Source: an uncultured Planctomycetales bacterium
Lineage (GTDB): Bacteria; Omnitrophota; Gorgyraeia; Gygaellales; Profunditerraquicolaceae
NCBI GenBank assembly: GCA_964427405.1
Contig: CAYRUB010000011.1
Coordinates: 1 to 52,495 of the forward strand
Length of the DNA: 52,495 nt
Direction: 5' to 3'
A model generated the notes under the pieces. It did no database searches. It saw only the letters and a list, made by a program, of their open reading frames with translations, and was not told where the DNA came from. A program made the translations under genes and the position numbers. Positions 39,006 through 48,885 of the stretch are shown here, one piece after another. Position 1 is the first letter of the stretch; each line of letters starts with the position of its first letter.

Positions 39006-40643
39006 CTACATGCTTTCTGGTTGGCTTACGCCTAATAATTCTAATCCGCAGGATAAAACAATCTTTACCCCTTTAATCAGGGCAAGCCTTGCGCTGGTAA
39101 GCGCATCACTCTGGCCTAAAACCCGGTGCAGATCATAGAACTTATGGAAAGTTTCAGACAACTCCTGGAGATAAACCGTAACCATATAAGGATCGCAAGT
39201 AATCAAACATATGTTGAGAATCGTCTTAAACTCAAGCATCTTTTTTATAAGATTCAGTTCTTCCTTCTCTTTGAGCACAGAAAGGTCTAAATCACCTTCA
39301 TTTTGAGTAGTAGCACTCCGTAATATGCTACAAATCCGCGCGTGAGCGTACTGCACGTAATATACGGGGTTTTCCGCGCTCTGTTTCTTAGCCACCTCAA
39401 GGTCAAAATCCAGATGGCTGGATGTACGGCGCATTAAAAAGAAGAACCTGGCGGCATCTGAGCCTACTTCATCCAAAACTTCACGTAAAGTGATGTATTG
39501 TCCGCGCCGGGTGGACATTTGCACAGGCTGGCCATTACGAAAAATGGTTGCCAATTGGACAATGATTACTGATAAGCTATCCGGAGAATGTCCAAAGGCT
39601 TGTATTGAAGCCTTGATGCGATTAATATAACCATGATGATCCGGCCCCCAAAGATTAACCAACCAGCTGAAACCACGGTTAAATTTATCCTGGTGATACG
39701 CGATATCCGGAGCCAGGTATGTCTGGCTGCCGTCGCTTTTAATAATCACCCTGTCTTTATCATCGCCAAAAGCAGTTGACTTAAACCAAAGCGCCCCATC
39801 CTGCTCAAACAAGTAACTTTTTTCTTTTAATTGGCTAAAGGCCTGCTCTACCTTTCCGCTCTTAGCAAGCTCCTTCTGTGAATACCAGCAATCAAAATTA
39901 ACCCCGAAATCAAACAGTTCCTGCTTTATTATCCTCAGTATGTAATCAGCCGCAAAATCACCTAAGTCTGCGTCACTAATTTTATGCTTATCCGCTTCTT
40001 TGGCGATATCATATATGTAATCACCCTGATAATAATTCTCAGGGAATTCCGCTCTTCTACCAGCTAACTCTTCCCGGCGCAGCTGCACCGATTTACCAAG
40101 AATATTAATCTGGTTACCCTCGTCATTAAGGTAATACTCACGCTGTATGTCAAAGTTAAGAAATTCCAAAATATTGGACAGACAATCCCCTACCGCTGCC
40201 TGACGGGCATGGGCAACCGATAAAGAACCTGTAGGATTAGCGCTGACAAACTCAATTAATACTTTTTTGCCTTTGCCTAAATCAACCCTTAAGGCATCTT
40301 TGCCTTGATTAATTATTTTACTTAACTGATTATAAAAATAATTCGCATCAAGATAAAAGTTTATGAAACCGGCTCCCTCAACCTTTACCTGGGCAATCAG
40401 GTCTTTTAGTTCTGATTTTGAGATTTCTTTCTGGATTAATTCAATTAATGCTGCGGCAATCTGGCGGGGGGAATTCTTAAGCGCCTTACTTAACTTTAAA
40501 GCTATATTAGTAGTAAAGTCGCCAAAACGGTTGTCAGTAGGAAAATCCAGGATAACTTCTTCCTGGACAAGTTTGTCTAACTCACCTGTCCGCAACGCGC
40601 GGTTCACCAAGGCTATCAGTTCTTCCTGAATATTTTTCTGCAT
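39006..40643 (-). CDS. argS: arginine--tRNA ligase
   Basis: It has the class I motif region SANPTGSLSVAHAR and the MSTRRG (KMSKS-like) motif. A C-terminal anticodon-binding domain is present. Confidence 0.95.
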   Translation of the reverse strand: MQKNIQEELIALVNRALRTGELDKLVQEEVILDFPTDNRFGDFTTNIALKLSKALKNSPRQIAAALIELIQKEISKSELKDLIAQVKVEGAGFINFYLDANYFYNQLSKIINQGKDALRVDLGKGKKVLIEFVSANPTGSLSVAHARQAAVGDCLSNILEFLNFDIQREYYLNDEGNQINILGKSVQLRREELAGRRAEFPENYYQGDYIYDIAKEADKHKISDADLGDFAADYILRIIKQELFDFGVNFDCWYSQKELAKSGKVEQAFSQLKEKSYLFEQDGALWFKSTAFGDDKDRVIIKSDGSQTYLAPDIAYHQDKFNRGFSWLVNLWGPDHHGYINRIKASIQAFGHSPDSLSVIIVQLATIFRNGQPVQMSTRRGQYITLREVLDEVGSDAARFFFLMRRTSSHLDFDLEVAKKQSAENPVYYVQYAHARICSILRSATTQNEGDLDLSVLKEKEELNLIKKMLEFKTILNICLITCDPYMVTVYLQELSETFHKFYDLHRVLGQSDALTSARLALIKGVKIVLSCGLELLGVSQPESM

Positions 40644-40695
40644 TTTAGTTTTTTAGAAAAGAAGGTTACAAAAACGGCAAGCTAATAACACAAAA

Positions 40696-41052
40696 TCATT
40701 TCTTTGCGGCAGAAACACGAACTTTCTTAGCGTCAGACCACAGGCTCTCTAAAGAATAAAACTCTCTCATGGGTTTATAAAAGGAGTGGGCGATTACCGA
40801 AACATAATCTAAAGCTATCCAACCGGATTCATCGCCACGAGCAATCCTTGAGAGAGATTTTATCCCGATTTTTTGCAAATCATCATGAATTGCCTGGGCA
40901 ATTGCGCCAGTTTGCCTTAAAGAGTTACCGCTGGCGATAACAAAATAATCGCAGAAACCGGCTATTTTTGAAACATCCAGAATAACAACATCCTCGGCTT
41001 TTATAGATTTAGCAGCCCGGGCAATGGCTTGAGCTAACTGTTTTGACTCTAT
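40696..41052 (-). CDS. rsfS: ribosomal silencing factor RsfS (Iojap-like), apparently with a non-canonical start
   Basis: My own translation upstream of the 60-aa track ORF gives IESKQLAQAIARAAKSIKAEDVVILDVSKIAGFCDYFVIASGNSLRQTGAIAQAIHDDL..., the conserved RsfS N-terminal half. There is no in-frame ATG, GTG or TTG between the stop at 41077-79 and the TTG at 40878. AGGAG lies 7 nt upstream of an ATA codon at 41052. Confidence 0.7.
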   Translation of the reverse strand: MESKQLAQAIARAAKSIKAEDVVILDVSKIAGFCDYFVIASGNSLRQTGAIAQAIHDDLQKIGIKSLSRIARGDESGWIALDYVSVIAHSFYKPMREFYSLESLWSDAKKVRVSAAKK

Positions 41053-41076
41053 TTTTAAACTCCTATCAGGAAGTGA

Positions 41077-41229
41077 TTATTTACTTTTTCCTAAGATTTT
41101 ATACATTCCGGTTCCGCACTCAGGGCATTTGCCTTTCATTGCTGCGCGGCCATTCTTCATAGTTACCTTCTGCTCATCTTTCATATCCTTCTTGCCTTTA
41201 CATTTTACGCAATATCCTGTTTCTGCCAT
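41077..41229 (-). CDS. 50-aa zinc-ribbon protein (C-x2-C ... C-x2-C), DUF5679-like from memory
   Basis: My own translation gives MAETGYCVKCKGKKDMKDEQKVTMKNGRAAMKGKCPECGTGMYKILGKSK. The SD GGAGGA lies 4 nt before the ATG at 41229, and there is a promoter upstream. Confidence 0.65.
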   Translation of the reverse strand: MAETGYCVKCKGKKDMKDEQKVTMKNGRAAMKGKCPECGTGMYKILGKSK

Positions 41230-41273
41230 TTGTTCCTCCTTTTTATGCAACATGCATGTTAACTACTAGGTTA

Positions 41274-41302
41274 ATATTATCACAGCTAAATTTTTATGTC
41301 AA
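41274..41302 (-). promoter_or_regulatory. sigma70-type promoter of the zinc-ribbon/rsfS unit
   Basis: On the minus strand, TTGACA (41302..41297) is followed by a 17-nt spacer and TAATAT (41279..41274). Confidence 0.5.
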
Positions 41303-41309
41303 ACAATTC

Positions 41310-42335
41310 TTACTTCAAAGCCTTCCTGCTCTTGGAATGCTTCTCTTCAATCTCACCGACAATCTCCTCCAGCAGATCTTCTAAGGTAACCAGGCCCAAG
41401 GCCTTCTTGTCCTTATCTATAATAATAGCGATCTGAATCTTTTCCGCTTGGAATCTTTTTAAAAGTTCACTCACGCGCATTGGCCCCGGGACATAACAGG
41501 CATCATGCACCAGGTCCTGCAATAAGAATAGCCCTTTTTCTCTTAATATATACAGGAGGTCACGCGCATAAACTATGCCTACGATGTTATCCAGTGAGCC
41601 GCTATATACCGGAAGCCGGGCATGCCCTTCTTCCACAAATAAATTAAGCAGGTCATCGGAATTAGTATTAATATTAACCGCTACCATTTTATCCTTTGTA
41701 ACCATTACATCGCTAAGTTTAGTATCTCCGAATTCAAAGATACGGTGCAGCATCTTGCGTTCTTCTTCGCTTAAAACCCCTTCCTCTTTACCCATCTCAA
41801 TCATCGTACGCAACTCTTCCTCGGTAATCAAAGGCGAACGCTTGGAAGGATCCACTCCAAAGATTTTAAGTATAAAATTGCTAATACCGATGAAAAATAC
41901 AATCAGCGGATTCAGGATTACAATCACAGTCTCCATTAAAGGAGCAACAACAAACGCCACCTTCTCTGAATGTTTTGCCGAAAGTATTTTCGGGGTTACT
42001 TCGCAGAAAATAAGCAATATCATGGTTGTGGTGAAGGTAGAGGCAACTACGCCCCAACGGTATCCGTAAAGCTGCACAAATATACCCGTAACTATTGAAG
42101 ATATGGCGATATTAACTATATTATTTCCGATAAGTATGGCAGCGATTACTTTATCCAGTTTAGTCACCAGGCGTTGGACGCTTTGGGCGCGCTTAACCCC
42201 CTTCTGCAGCATATGACGCAGGCGAATCTTGCTTAAACCTATGATTGAGGTTTCAGAGGCTGAAAAGAAAAAAGAAAGCGCGGCTAGAATAATTACAATG
42301 AATATGATTCCCCAGGAAATGCCTAACTGTTCCAT
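41310..42335 (-). CDS. CNNM (DUF21) transmembrane domain plus CBS-pair protein (HlyC/CorC-type, lacking the C-terminal CorC_HlyC domain)
   Basis: Four N-terminal TM helices include ..ASETS.., followed by two CBS motifs. The protein is 341 aa long. Confidence 0.8.
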   Translation of the reverse strand: MEQLGISWGIIFIVIILAALSFFFSASETSIIGLSKIRLRHMLQKGVKRAQSVQRLVTKLDKVIAAILIGNNIVNIAISSIVTGIFVQLYGYRWGVVASTFTTTMILLIFCEVTPKILSAKHSEKVAFVVAPLMETVIVILNPLIVFFIGISNFILKIFGVDPSKRSPLITEEELRTMIEMGKEEGVLSEEERKMLHRIFEFGDTKLSDVMVTKDKMVAVNINTNSDDLLNLFVEEGHARLPVYSGSLDNIVGIVYARDLLYILREKGLFLLQDLVHDACYVPGPMRVSELLKRFQAEKIQIAIIIDKDKKALGLVTLEDLLEEIVGEIEEKHSKSRKALK

Positions 42336-42337
42336 GA

Positions 42338-43606
42338 TTATCCTAAATTAAGTTTTGAATAAATCCTCTTTTTTTCTTTTTCTATCGGGCCAATGAGGGC
42401 CAAATTTATCTTCTCACGCTTAAATATCTGCTGAGCGACTTTTCGTAAATCTTCGATACGTACATTATTGACCTCTTCAATCACATCCTTTAATGTATAT
42501 ATTTTATCCAGACATGCCATACTCTCACCCATCCAAAGCATATACTCCATAGTATCCTCTAAAGCCAGCATCAGCTGGCCCAGATAGAATTCTTTTGCCC
42601 GTCTAAACTCATCGACAGTCACCAGCTTATTTTTAATTTTAGCTAATTCCTTGAAAATTAATTCCAGGCAGGGGACAACTTTGTGGTTATCTATGCCGGC
42701 GTGCACTAAAAATGCTCCGGTATCATGATAACGCTTCAGGCCGGTGCCGATCTCATAAGCCAGCCCTCTTTTTTCTCTTACCTCATTAAAAAGACGGCTG
42801 GACATGTTTGCCCCTAAAATTATATGCATCAGCGCCTGGGCATGTCTTAAAGGATGGTCGCGTTTTAAACCATGAAACCCCAAAGCCATATGCGTCTGTT
42901 CAGTGCCCTTATGAAAAATATTAAGCTGCTGCTTATCCTGGGCTTCTATAGCAGCCGTAAACGCATTTAGCCCTCCGGGATTTTTATCCGCGAAAATAGC
43001 AGAAACTCTTTTTACCAATAGATTATGGTCTATTAATCCTGCGGCGCTGATTACAATATTAGCAGGGGTATAATGTGTCTTTTGAAAATGACTCAAGTCA
43101 TCGCGGGCAATATTTCTTACTGATTCAACTGTCCCGATTACCGGAGAGCCAATCGCCTGATGCGGCCAAAGCAACTCATCCAGCAGCTCATAAACATAGC
43201 TTTGCGGAAGATCCCTATACATCTTTAACTCTTCCAGAATAACCGTTCTTTCTTTTTTGATATCCTCCTGTTTCAAGCATGGAGCAGCTACCATGTCGGA
43301 TAAAATATCCAGGGCTTTAACCAGATAACGGCTGGGGATCTTAACCAGATAACAAGTAAGCTCTTCGGAGGTAAAACCGTTTAAGGCGCCCCCCACCCCC
43401 TCAATTGATTCTTTAATCGCCCGGCAGGAGTATTTCTTACTGCCCTTAAAAAGCAGATGCTCCAGGTAATGCGAAATACCTTTATGGGCTACTGATTCAT
43501 AGCGGCCTCCGATGTTAATCCAAATCCCCAAAGAAAGGCTTCCCACGCCGCTTAGGCGTTTAGTAATTATTCTTAAACCATTATTTAACTTAGTTTTTCT
43601 AAACAT
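42338..43606 (-). CDS. M16-family (pitrilysin/insulinase-like) zinc peptidase
   Basis: It has the inverted zinc motif H-x-x-E-H (GISHYLEHLLFKGS). I placed the start at the ATG at 43606 ([14 protein letters not shown]) rather than the TTG at 43621. Confidence 0.85.
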   Translation of the reverse strand: MFRKTKLNNGLRIITKRLSGVGSLSLGIWINIGGRYESVAHKGISHYLEHLLFKGSKKYSCRAIKESIEGVGGALNGFTSEELTCYLVKIPSRYLVKALDILSDMVAAPCLKQEDIKKERTVILEELKMYRDLPQSYVYELLDELLWPHQAIGSPVIGTVESVRNIARDDLSHFQKTHYTPANIVISAAGLIDHNLLVKRVSAIFADKNPGGLNAFTAAIEAQDKQQLNIFHKGTEQTHMALGFHGLKRDHPLRHAQALMHIILGANMSSRLFNEVREKRGLAYEIGTGLKRYHDTGAFLVHAGIDNHKVVPCLELIFKELAKIKNKLVTVDEFRRAKEFYLGQLMLALEDTMEYMLWMGESMACLDKIYTLKDVIEEVNNVRIEDLRKVAQQIFKREKINLALIGPIEKEKKRIYSKLNLG

Positions 43607-44384
43607 TGAACCTTTCAACAAAATTACCCACCCTTTTAACTAAATCCTTGCGGGTAATATTTTCCCGTATTTTATTTACAATAGCACTGCCGATAATCCC
43701 TCCGTTGCAAATTTCTTGCACCTGTTTTAGTTGCCCTGCGTTAGAAATGCCAAACCCCACACAAACCGGGATACGCGCTACTTTCTTAATCTTAGTTAAA
43801 TTAGTCTTTAAATCCGCTGCCAGGCTCTTACGGCTTCCGGTAACCCCGGTTAAAGAAACATAGTAAATAAAACCTTTGGCTATTTTAGATATAGCCTTAA
43901 TCCGGATTTGCGAACTAGTGGGCGCAAGAAAACAAATATTAGCTAAACCTTTTTTATTAGCGTAGCTGATAAATTCCCTTGCCTCCTCAGGAGGTAAATC
44001 CGGAATAATCACTCCATCAACCCCCGCAGCTATAGCTTTATCCACGAAATCTTTATCCCCAAGACAAAATATGGGGTTGTAATAGCTCATAAGGCAAATC
44101 GGTAAATCTGTATCTTTGCGTAAAGTTTTTACTAGGCCTAAAATCTTTATTAAATTTGTTTTCTTTTTAAGGGAATATATAGAGGCCTCCTGAATTACCG
44201 GGCCATCAGCCAGGGGATCAGAAAAAGGCACCCCTAATTCAATTATATCAACCCCTCTTTTTTCAAGCTCCAGGACAAGCTTGGCTGTCGTAGCTAAATC
44301 AGGATAGCCCGCGGTAATAAAAGCGATAAAAGCTTTTTTATTCTTTTTCTTAAGTTCGATAAACTTTTTATCAATACGATTCAT
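43599..44384 (-). CDS. trpA: tryptophan synthase alpha chain
   Basis: The sequence contains ..[12 protein letters not shown]..., ..[19 protein letters not shown].. and ..GFIYYVS..GVTG.. The start is at the ATG at 44384 and overlaps the trpB stop. Confidence 0.9.
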   Translation of the reverse strand: MNRIDKKFIELKKKNKKAFIAFITAGYPDLATTAKLVLELEKRGVDIIELGVPFSDPLADGPVIQEASIYSLKKKTNLIKILGLVKTLRKDTDLPICLMSYYNPIFCLGDKDFVDKAIAAGVDGVIIPDLPPEEAREFISYANKKGLANICFLAPTSSQIRIKAISKIAKGFIYYVSLTGVTGSRKSLAADLKTNLTKIKKVARIPVCVGFGISNAGQLKQVQEICNGGIIGSAIVNKIRENITRKDLVKRVGNFVERFNV

Positions 44385-45546
44385 GCAGATCCTTATCCCC
44401 TCTTCCGGACAGACAAACAATAACCACTGAATCCTTCTTTATGCTTTTTCCTGATTTTTTTAAATAGGCAATAGCATGCGCGGATTCCAGCGCCGGAATA
44501 ATTCCCTCAATCTCAGATAGTAATTTAAATCCTTCCAGGGCCTCTTTATCGCTGACTGCCACATAATGCGCCCTCTTGATCTCCTTATAATAGGCATGCT
44601 CCGGCCCAACCCCGGGATAATCCAATCCGGCAGCCACGGAATGCGCATTTTTAATCTGGCCGAATTTATCCTCCAGGACATCAGATTTGCAGCCATGCAA
44701 AACTCCGGGCGCACCAGCCACAAGGCTGGCGGAATGTTTTCCTGAAGACAACCCTAAGCCCGCGGCTTCCACGCCAATCATCTTCACAGTTTTATCTTTA
44801 AAAAAAGGATAAAACAGGCCCATAGCATTACTCCCGCCGCCAACACAAGCCACCAGATAATCCGGTAATCTTTTTTCTTTCTTCAAAATCTGCAGCTTTG
44901 CTTCTTTGCCGATTACCGATTGAAAATCACGCACCATAGCAGGATACGGATGCGGCCCGGCAACTGTACCGATAATATAATAGGTATTACGCACATTAGT
45001 TACCCAATCGCGCAAGGCCTCAGTCATGGCATCTTTTAAGGTTTTAGTGCCGCTCTTTACCGGAACCACCCTTGCTCCCAATAACTTCATACGTAAAACA
45101 TTTAGCCCCTGGCGCTGGATATCCTCCTCACCCATATATATATCACATTCTAATCTGAATAATGCCGCAACCGTTGCTGTAGCTACTCCATGCTGGCCCG
45201 CCCCTGTTTCGGCGATAACTCTTTTCTTGCCCATCCTCTTCGCCAAAATAACCTGCCCCAGGGTATTATTTATCTTATGCGCTCCGGTATGCAAAAGATC
45301 CTCTCTTTTTAAATAAACCTTTTTTATCCCTAGGTATTTGCTTAAATTTTCAGCCAGATATAACGGAGTTGGCCGGCCGGCGTATTCACTAAGATAATTA
45401 GATAACTCCTTACGGAAACTTTTATCTTTTTTAACCGCTAGGTATTCTTTTTCCAGCTCATCCAGGGCATAGATCAGCGTCTCAGGAACAAACCTGCCTC
45501 CGAAACTGCCAAAATGCCCTGTTTTATCCGGTAAAATCTTTTGCAT
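44371..45546 (-). CDS. trpB: tryptophan synthase beta chain
   Basis: The sequence contains ..[15 protein letters not shown].. and ..[16 protein letters not shown].. (PLP lysine context), plus ..GGGSNAMG.. Confidence 0.95.
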   Translation of the reverse strand: MQKILPDKTGHFGSFGGRFVPETLIYALDELEKEYLAVKKDKSFRKELSNYLSEYAGRPTPLYLAENLSKYLGIKKVYLKREDLLHTGAHKINNTLGQVILAKRMGKKRVIAETGAGQHGVATATVAALFRLECDIYMGEEDIQRQGLNVLRMKLLGARVVPVKSGTKTLKDAMTEALRDWVTNVRNTYYIIGTVAGPHPYPAMVRDFQSVIGKEAKLQILKKEKRLPDYLVACVGGGSNAMGLFYPFFKDKTVKMIGVEAAGLGLSSGKHSASLVAGAPGVLHGCKSDVLEDKFGQIKNAHSVAAGLDYPGVGPEHAYYKEIKRAHYVAVSDKEALEGFKLLSEIEGIIPALESAHAIAYLKKSGKSIKKDSVVIVCLSGRGDKDLHESY

Positions 45547-45899
45547 TATAAGTAAATCCTCTGATAATTACTTAACGATCCTCCGGTAATATTCTCCCAG
45601 AAGATACGAAAACCTTCCCCTAAATCTCTAAACATAATCTGCACATCCTGCGCATTCAAAGGCAGGTAAAAATGCGGCAGATTAACCCCCATCAATGAAG
45701 CCCTACCCATCGCCTCTTTAAATAAACTAAAAACTAAATAAAGAAAAATATTGCCTAAGATGATAAATATAAATAAAGCAACCAGGCAGCCCCATAGGCA
45801 ATTTAAGTATTTTTTCTTTTTATTCAAAAACTCGCCGCAATGTTTGCATTTTATGGCATCGTCTTGAATCGCTTCCCGGCAAAATGGACATTTCTTCAT
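45546..45899 (-). CDS. 117-aa zinc-ribbon (C-x2-C...C-x2-C) plus one-TM protein of unknown function, embedded in the trp operon
   Basis: The sequence begins [24 protein letters not shown] and has a TM segment [26 protein letters not shown]. Its TAA overlaps the trpB ATG (TAATG). Confidence 0.6.
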   Translation of the reverse strand: MKKCPFCREAIQDDAIKCKHCGEFLNKKKKYLNCLWGCLVALFIFIILGNIFLYLVFSLFKEAMGRASLMGVNLPHFYLPLNAQDVQIMFRDLGEGFRIFWENITGGSLSNYQRIYL

Positions 45900-45913
45900 A
45901 CCAATCCACCTTT

Positions 45914-46531
45914 CTAAAACTTGCGGCTGGCCTGAATAAACTTTTTGATCTTTTTATGATCCTTCTTACCCGGGCTTAACTCTAACGCGCTTGAAACATC
46001 TACCCAATCGGGTTTTAATAGTTTAACTGCCTTGCCTACATTGCCGATAGTTAAACCTCCGGAAAGAAAAACAGGACGCTTTATTTTATCCAGATTTCTT
46101 AATAAATTCCAGTTAAACTTTTTGCCTGTACCGCCAAAGCGGTTTTTTGAATAAGTATCAAAAAGACAGCCGCAGCCCTTATATGCTGATATTTTAGCTA
46201 AATCCAGCCCATCCTTAACAGCAAAAGCTTTAATAATTTTATAACCTTTGAATTTCCGGCAATACGCGCTAGATTCCTGTCCATGGAACTGCAGCATATC
46301 CAAATCGCAAAGCCTGGCGATCTTCTTTACCGTCTTAATATCCTCGTCTACAAAAACCCCTACCCGGCAAATCTTTTTAGGCAGAATACGCGAAATATTA
46401 CTGGCTTTAAGCGGACTGATATAACGGAAACTTTTTTTATAAAAAATAAAACCTATAGCATCAGCCCCACCGAATAAAGATGCCAGGGCATCTTCCAAAT
46501 TAGTTATCCCGCAAATCTTAACCTTTACCAC
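45914..46531 (-). CDS. trpF: phosphoribosylanthranilate isomerase
   Basis: The sequence contains MVKVKICGIT...GADAIGFIF...S.R.I and ..LSGGL... Its position in the trp operon supports the call. Confidence 0.9.
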   Translation of the reverse strand: MVKVKICGITNLEDALASLFGGADAIGFIFYKKSFRYISPLKASNISRILPKKICRVGVFVDEDIKTVKKIARLCDLDMLQFHGQESSAYCRKFKGYKIIKAFAVKDGLDLAKISAYKGCGCLFDTYSKNRFGGTGKKFNWNLLRNLDKIKRPVFLSGGLTIGNVGKAVKLLKPDWVDVSSALELSPGKKDHKKIKKFIQASRKF

Positions 46532-47313
46532 CCCATTACCTCTTCTACTTTTTTCTTTATATCTTCAGCTTCCATAAAAACAGTGCCGATCAATACACTG
46601 CTTGCTCCGAGTATTTTCAGGAACAAAACATCCTGATAATTTTTTATCCCGCTCTCCACAACCACCACTTTGTCTCTTGGGATTAAAGTAAACAATTTCT
46701 CTGTAGTCTTAAAATCAACCTCGAGGGTATGCAGATTGCGGTTATTTATTCCGATGACAGGAACTTTTAGGGTTAACACTTTTTTAAGTTCTTTTTCATC
46801 ATGCACTTCCACTAAATAATCCATGCCAAGGCTGTCGGCAACCTGCATTAACTCCATCAGTTTATCCTTGGTCAATAAATCAGTGATCAATAAAATCGCA
46901 TCCGCCCCTAAATAACGCGACTCATACACCTGATAGCTTTCCAAAATAAAATCTTTTCTTAAAACCGGAGCGGTAATTATGTTTTTTACTTCATTAATAT
47001 AAAGCGGGTTTCCCCCGAAGAAATCCTCCTCGGTCAATACGGAAACTGCCTGCACTCCTGCCTCCTGGTAGCTTCGGGCAATCTCCTGCAAGTTAAAATT
47101 CTGGCGGATCATGCCTTTTGAAGGAGAAGATTGTTTAATCTCAGCGATAAGCGAGATTTGACGCGGCTTGCTGATTACCTCCCTGAATGGACGGCAAGGA
47201 GCAAGACCGGTTAATTTTGCTTTTAAATCTTCCTCAGGCAGTTGTTGTTTAGATAAAGCGATTCTTTCTTTTTTCTTTGTGACGATCTCTTTCAAGGTAT
47301 CAACTTTAGCCAT
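46525..47313 (-). CDS. trpC: indole-3-glycerol phosphate synthase
   Basis: The sequence contains ..LIAEIKQSSPSKG.., ..A.AVSVLTEE.FF.G.., ..LRKDFI.. and ..IGINNRNL.. Confidence 0.9.
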   Translation of the reverse strand: MAKVDTLKEIVTKKKERIALSKQQLPEEDLKAKLTGLAPCRPFREVISKPRQISLIAEIKQSSPSKGMIRQNFNLQEIARSYQEAGVQAVSVLTEEDFFGGNPLYINEVKNIITAPVLRKDFILESYQVYESRYLGADAILLITDLLTKDKLMELMQVADSLGMDYLVEVHDEKELKKVLTLKVPVIGINNRNLHTLEVDFKTTEKLFTLIPRDKVVVVESGIKNYQDVLFLKILGASSVLIGTVFMEAEDIKKKVEEVMGW

Positions 47314-47314
47314 C

Positions 47315-48322
47315 TTAGTGTGAATACTCCCTTAATAATTCCAGTTTCTTTAATGCCGCCTTTGAATCAATGGATTCTTCAGCCAATTTTATTCCTTCGG
47401 CGATAGTGTTAGTTTTATCAGCGGCATAAATAGCGCAACCGGCATTTAATAAAACAATATCCCGGGCTTTTCCCTTTTTACCGCCTAATATATCCTGGAA
47501 AATTTTGACATTCTCCTGGATCAGGCCTCCAACTAAATCTCCGGCTTTAGCACGAGGCAAGCCAAACTCTTCCGGAGTTATTTCATAATCTCTTAATACA
47601 CCGTTATTTACCTCGGAAACAAAGGTCTTCTCAGTAGTTGTTACTTCATCCAAACCGTCTGCACCATGTACCACTAAAACATGCCTGGAGCCAAGATTAT
47701 ATAAAACCTGCGCCAATGGCCTGGTCCATTCTTTAGAATATACCCCGATTAACTGGTTAGTCGCGCGCGCCGGGTTAATCAGAGGGCCCAAGATATTAAA
47801 CATGGTCTTACCGGCGATCTGTTTTCTTGCCGGCATGACATTTTTCATTGCCGGATGCAGATTTGGCGCAAACAAAAAGGCAATACCGATCTCTTTAAGG
47901 CATTTCTTGATCTTGGCTTTATTCATATTAATATCTACACCTAAGGCCTCTAAAATATCCGCGCTGCCGCATTTACTGGATACTGAACGATTGCCGTGCT
48001 TAGCCACGGTAATGCCGGCTCCGCTTGCAACCAATGCAGTAATTGTTGAAATATTAAAGGTCCCTTTCTTATCCCCTCCGGTACCGCAGGTATCTAATAT
48101 ATTATCGGTATCTATGATAATCGGCTCGACATATTTAAGCATTTCATTTACCGCCGCAGTTAACTCTCCGACTGTCTCGCCTTTCTCATTCAACGAGGTC
48201 AGAAAATTAATGATATCAGCGGTTTCGGTTGCGCCGCTTAGGATCTCGCGCATTACCTGCTGCATCTCTTGGGCAGTTAAATCTTTTTTATTAACCAGCC
48301 GCTTTATAAGGTCTTTGATCAT
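47315..48322 (-). CDS. trpD: anthranilate phosphoribosyltransferase
   Basis: The sequence contains ..[17 protein letters not shown].. and ..[23 protein letters not shown].. Confidence 0.9.
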   Translation of the reverse strand: MIKDLIKRLVNKKDLTAQEMQQVMREILSGATETADIINFLTSLNEKGETVGELTAAVNEMLKYVEPIIIDTDNILDTCGTGGDKKGTFNISTITALVASGAGITVAKHGNRSVSSKCGSADILEALGVDINMNKAKIKKCLKEIGIAFLFAPNLHPAMKNVMPARKQIAGKTMFNILGPLINPARATNQLIGVYSKEWTRPLAQVLYNLGSRHVLVVHGADGLDEVTTTEKTFVSEVNNGVLRDYEITPEEFGLPRAKAGDLVGGLIQENVKIFQDILGGKKGKARDIVLLNAGCAIYAADKTNTIAEGIKLAEESIDSKAALKKLELLREYSH

Positions 48323-48885
48323 TTTAACTTTATGAAATTATCCAATATCTGCTTCCCACTTTTAGTAAGTATAGATTCCGGATGAAACTGCACTCCCCAG
48401 ACAGGATATGCTTTATGTTTTAATCCCATAATCTCATTTTCGGCTGTGAAAGCGGTTATTTCCAAACAATCAGGCAAACTCTTTTTATCAACCAATAAAG
48501 AGTGATAACGCGTAGCTAAAAACGGATTAGGTATACCTTTAAAAATATCTTTTTTATTATGATAAATCTTGGAGGTCTTGCCATGCATAAGCCTTCTAGC
48601 GCCTACGATCTTAGCTCCAAAAACATAACCTAACGCCTGATGCCCAAGACAGACTCCCAAAATAGGAATCTTACCGCTAAACTGGCGGATAACCTCGCAA
48701 GAGATACCCGCATCCTCCGGCCTGCCCGGACCGGGTGATATGACAATTTTTGCCGGATTAAGTTTTTTAATATCATTGATACTTAAGGCGTCATTGCGGA
48801 AAACCTTGACCCGCTGCCCTAATTCACCTAAATACTGCACCAGGTTATAAGTAAAGGAATCATAATTATCAATCATTAAAATCAT
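48319..48885 (-). CDS. trpG: anthranilate synthase component II / glutamine amidotransferase (TrpG/PabA)
   Basis: The sequence contains ..[14 protein letters not shown].., ..GVCLGHQ.. (catalytic Cys) and ..QFHPES.. The start is at the ATG at 48885, in an ATGA overlap with the murA stop; the ORF-track start is a TTG at 48900. Confidence 0.85.
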   Translation of the reverse strand: MILMIDNYDSFTYNLVQYLGELGQRVKVFRNDALSINDIKKLNPAKIVISPGPGRPEDAGISCEVIRQFSGKIPILGVCLGHQALGYVFGAKIVGARRLMHGKTSKIYHNKKDIFKGIPNPFLATRYHSLLVDKKSLPDCLEITAFTAENEIMGLKHKAYPVWGVQFHPESILTKSGKQILDNFIKLK

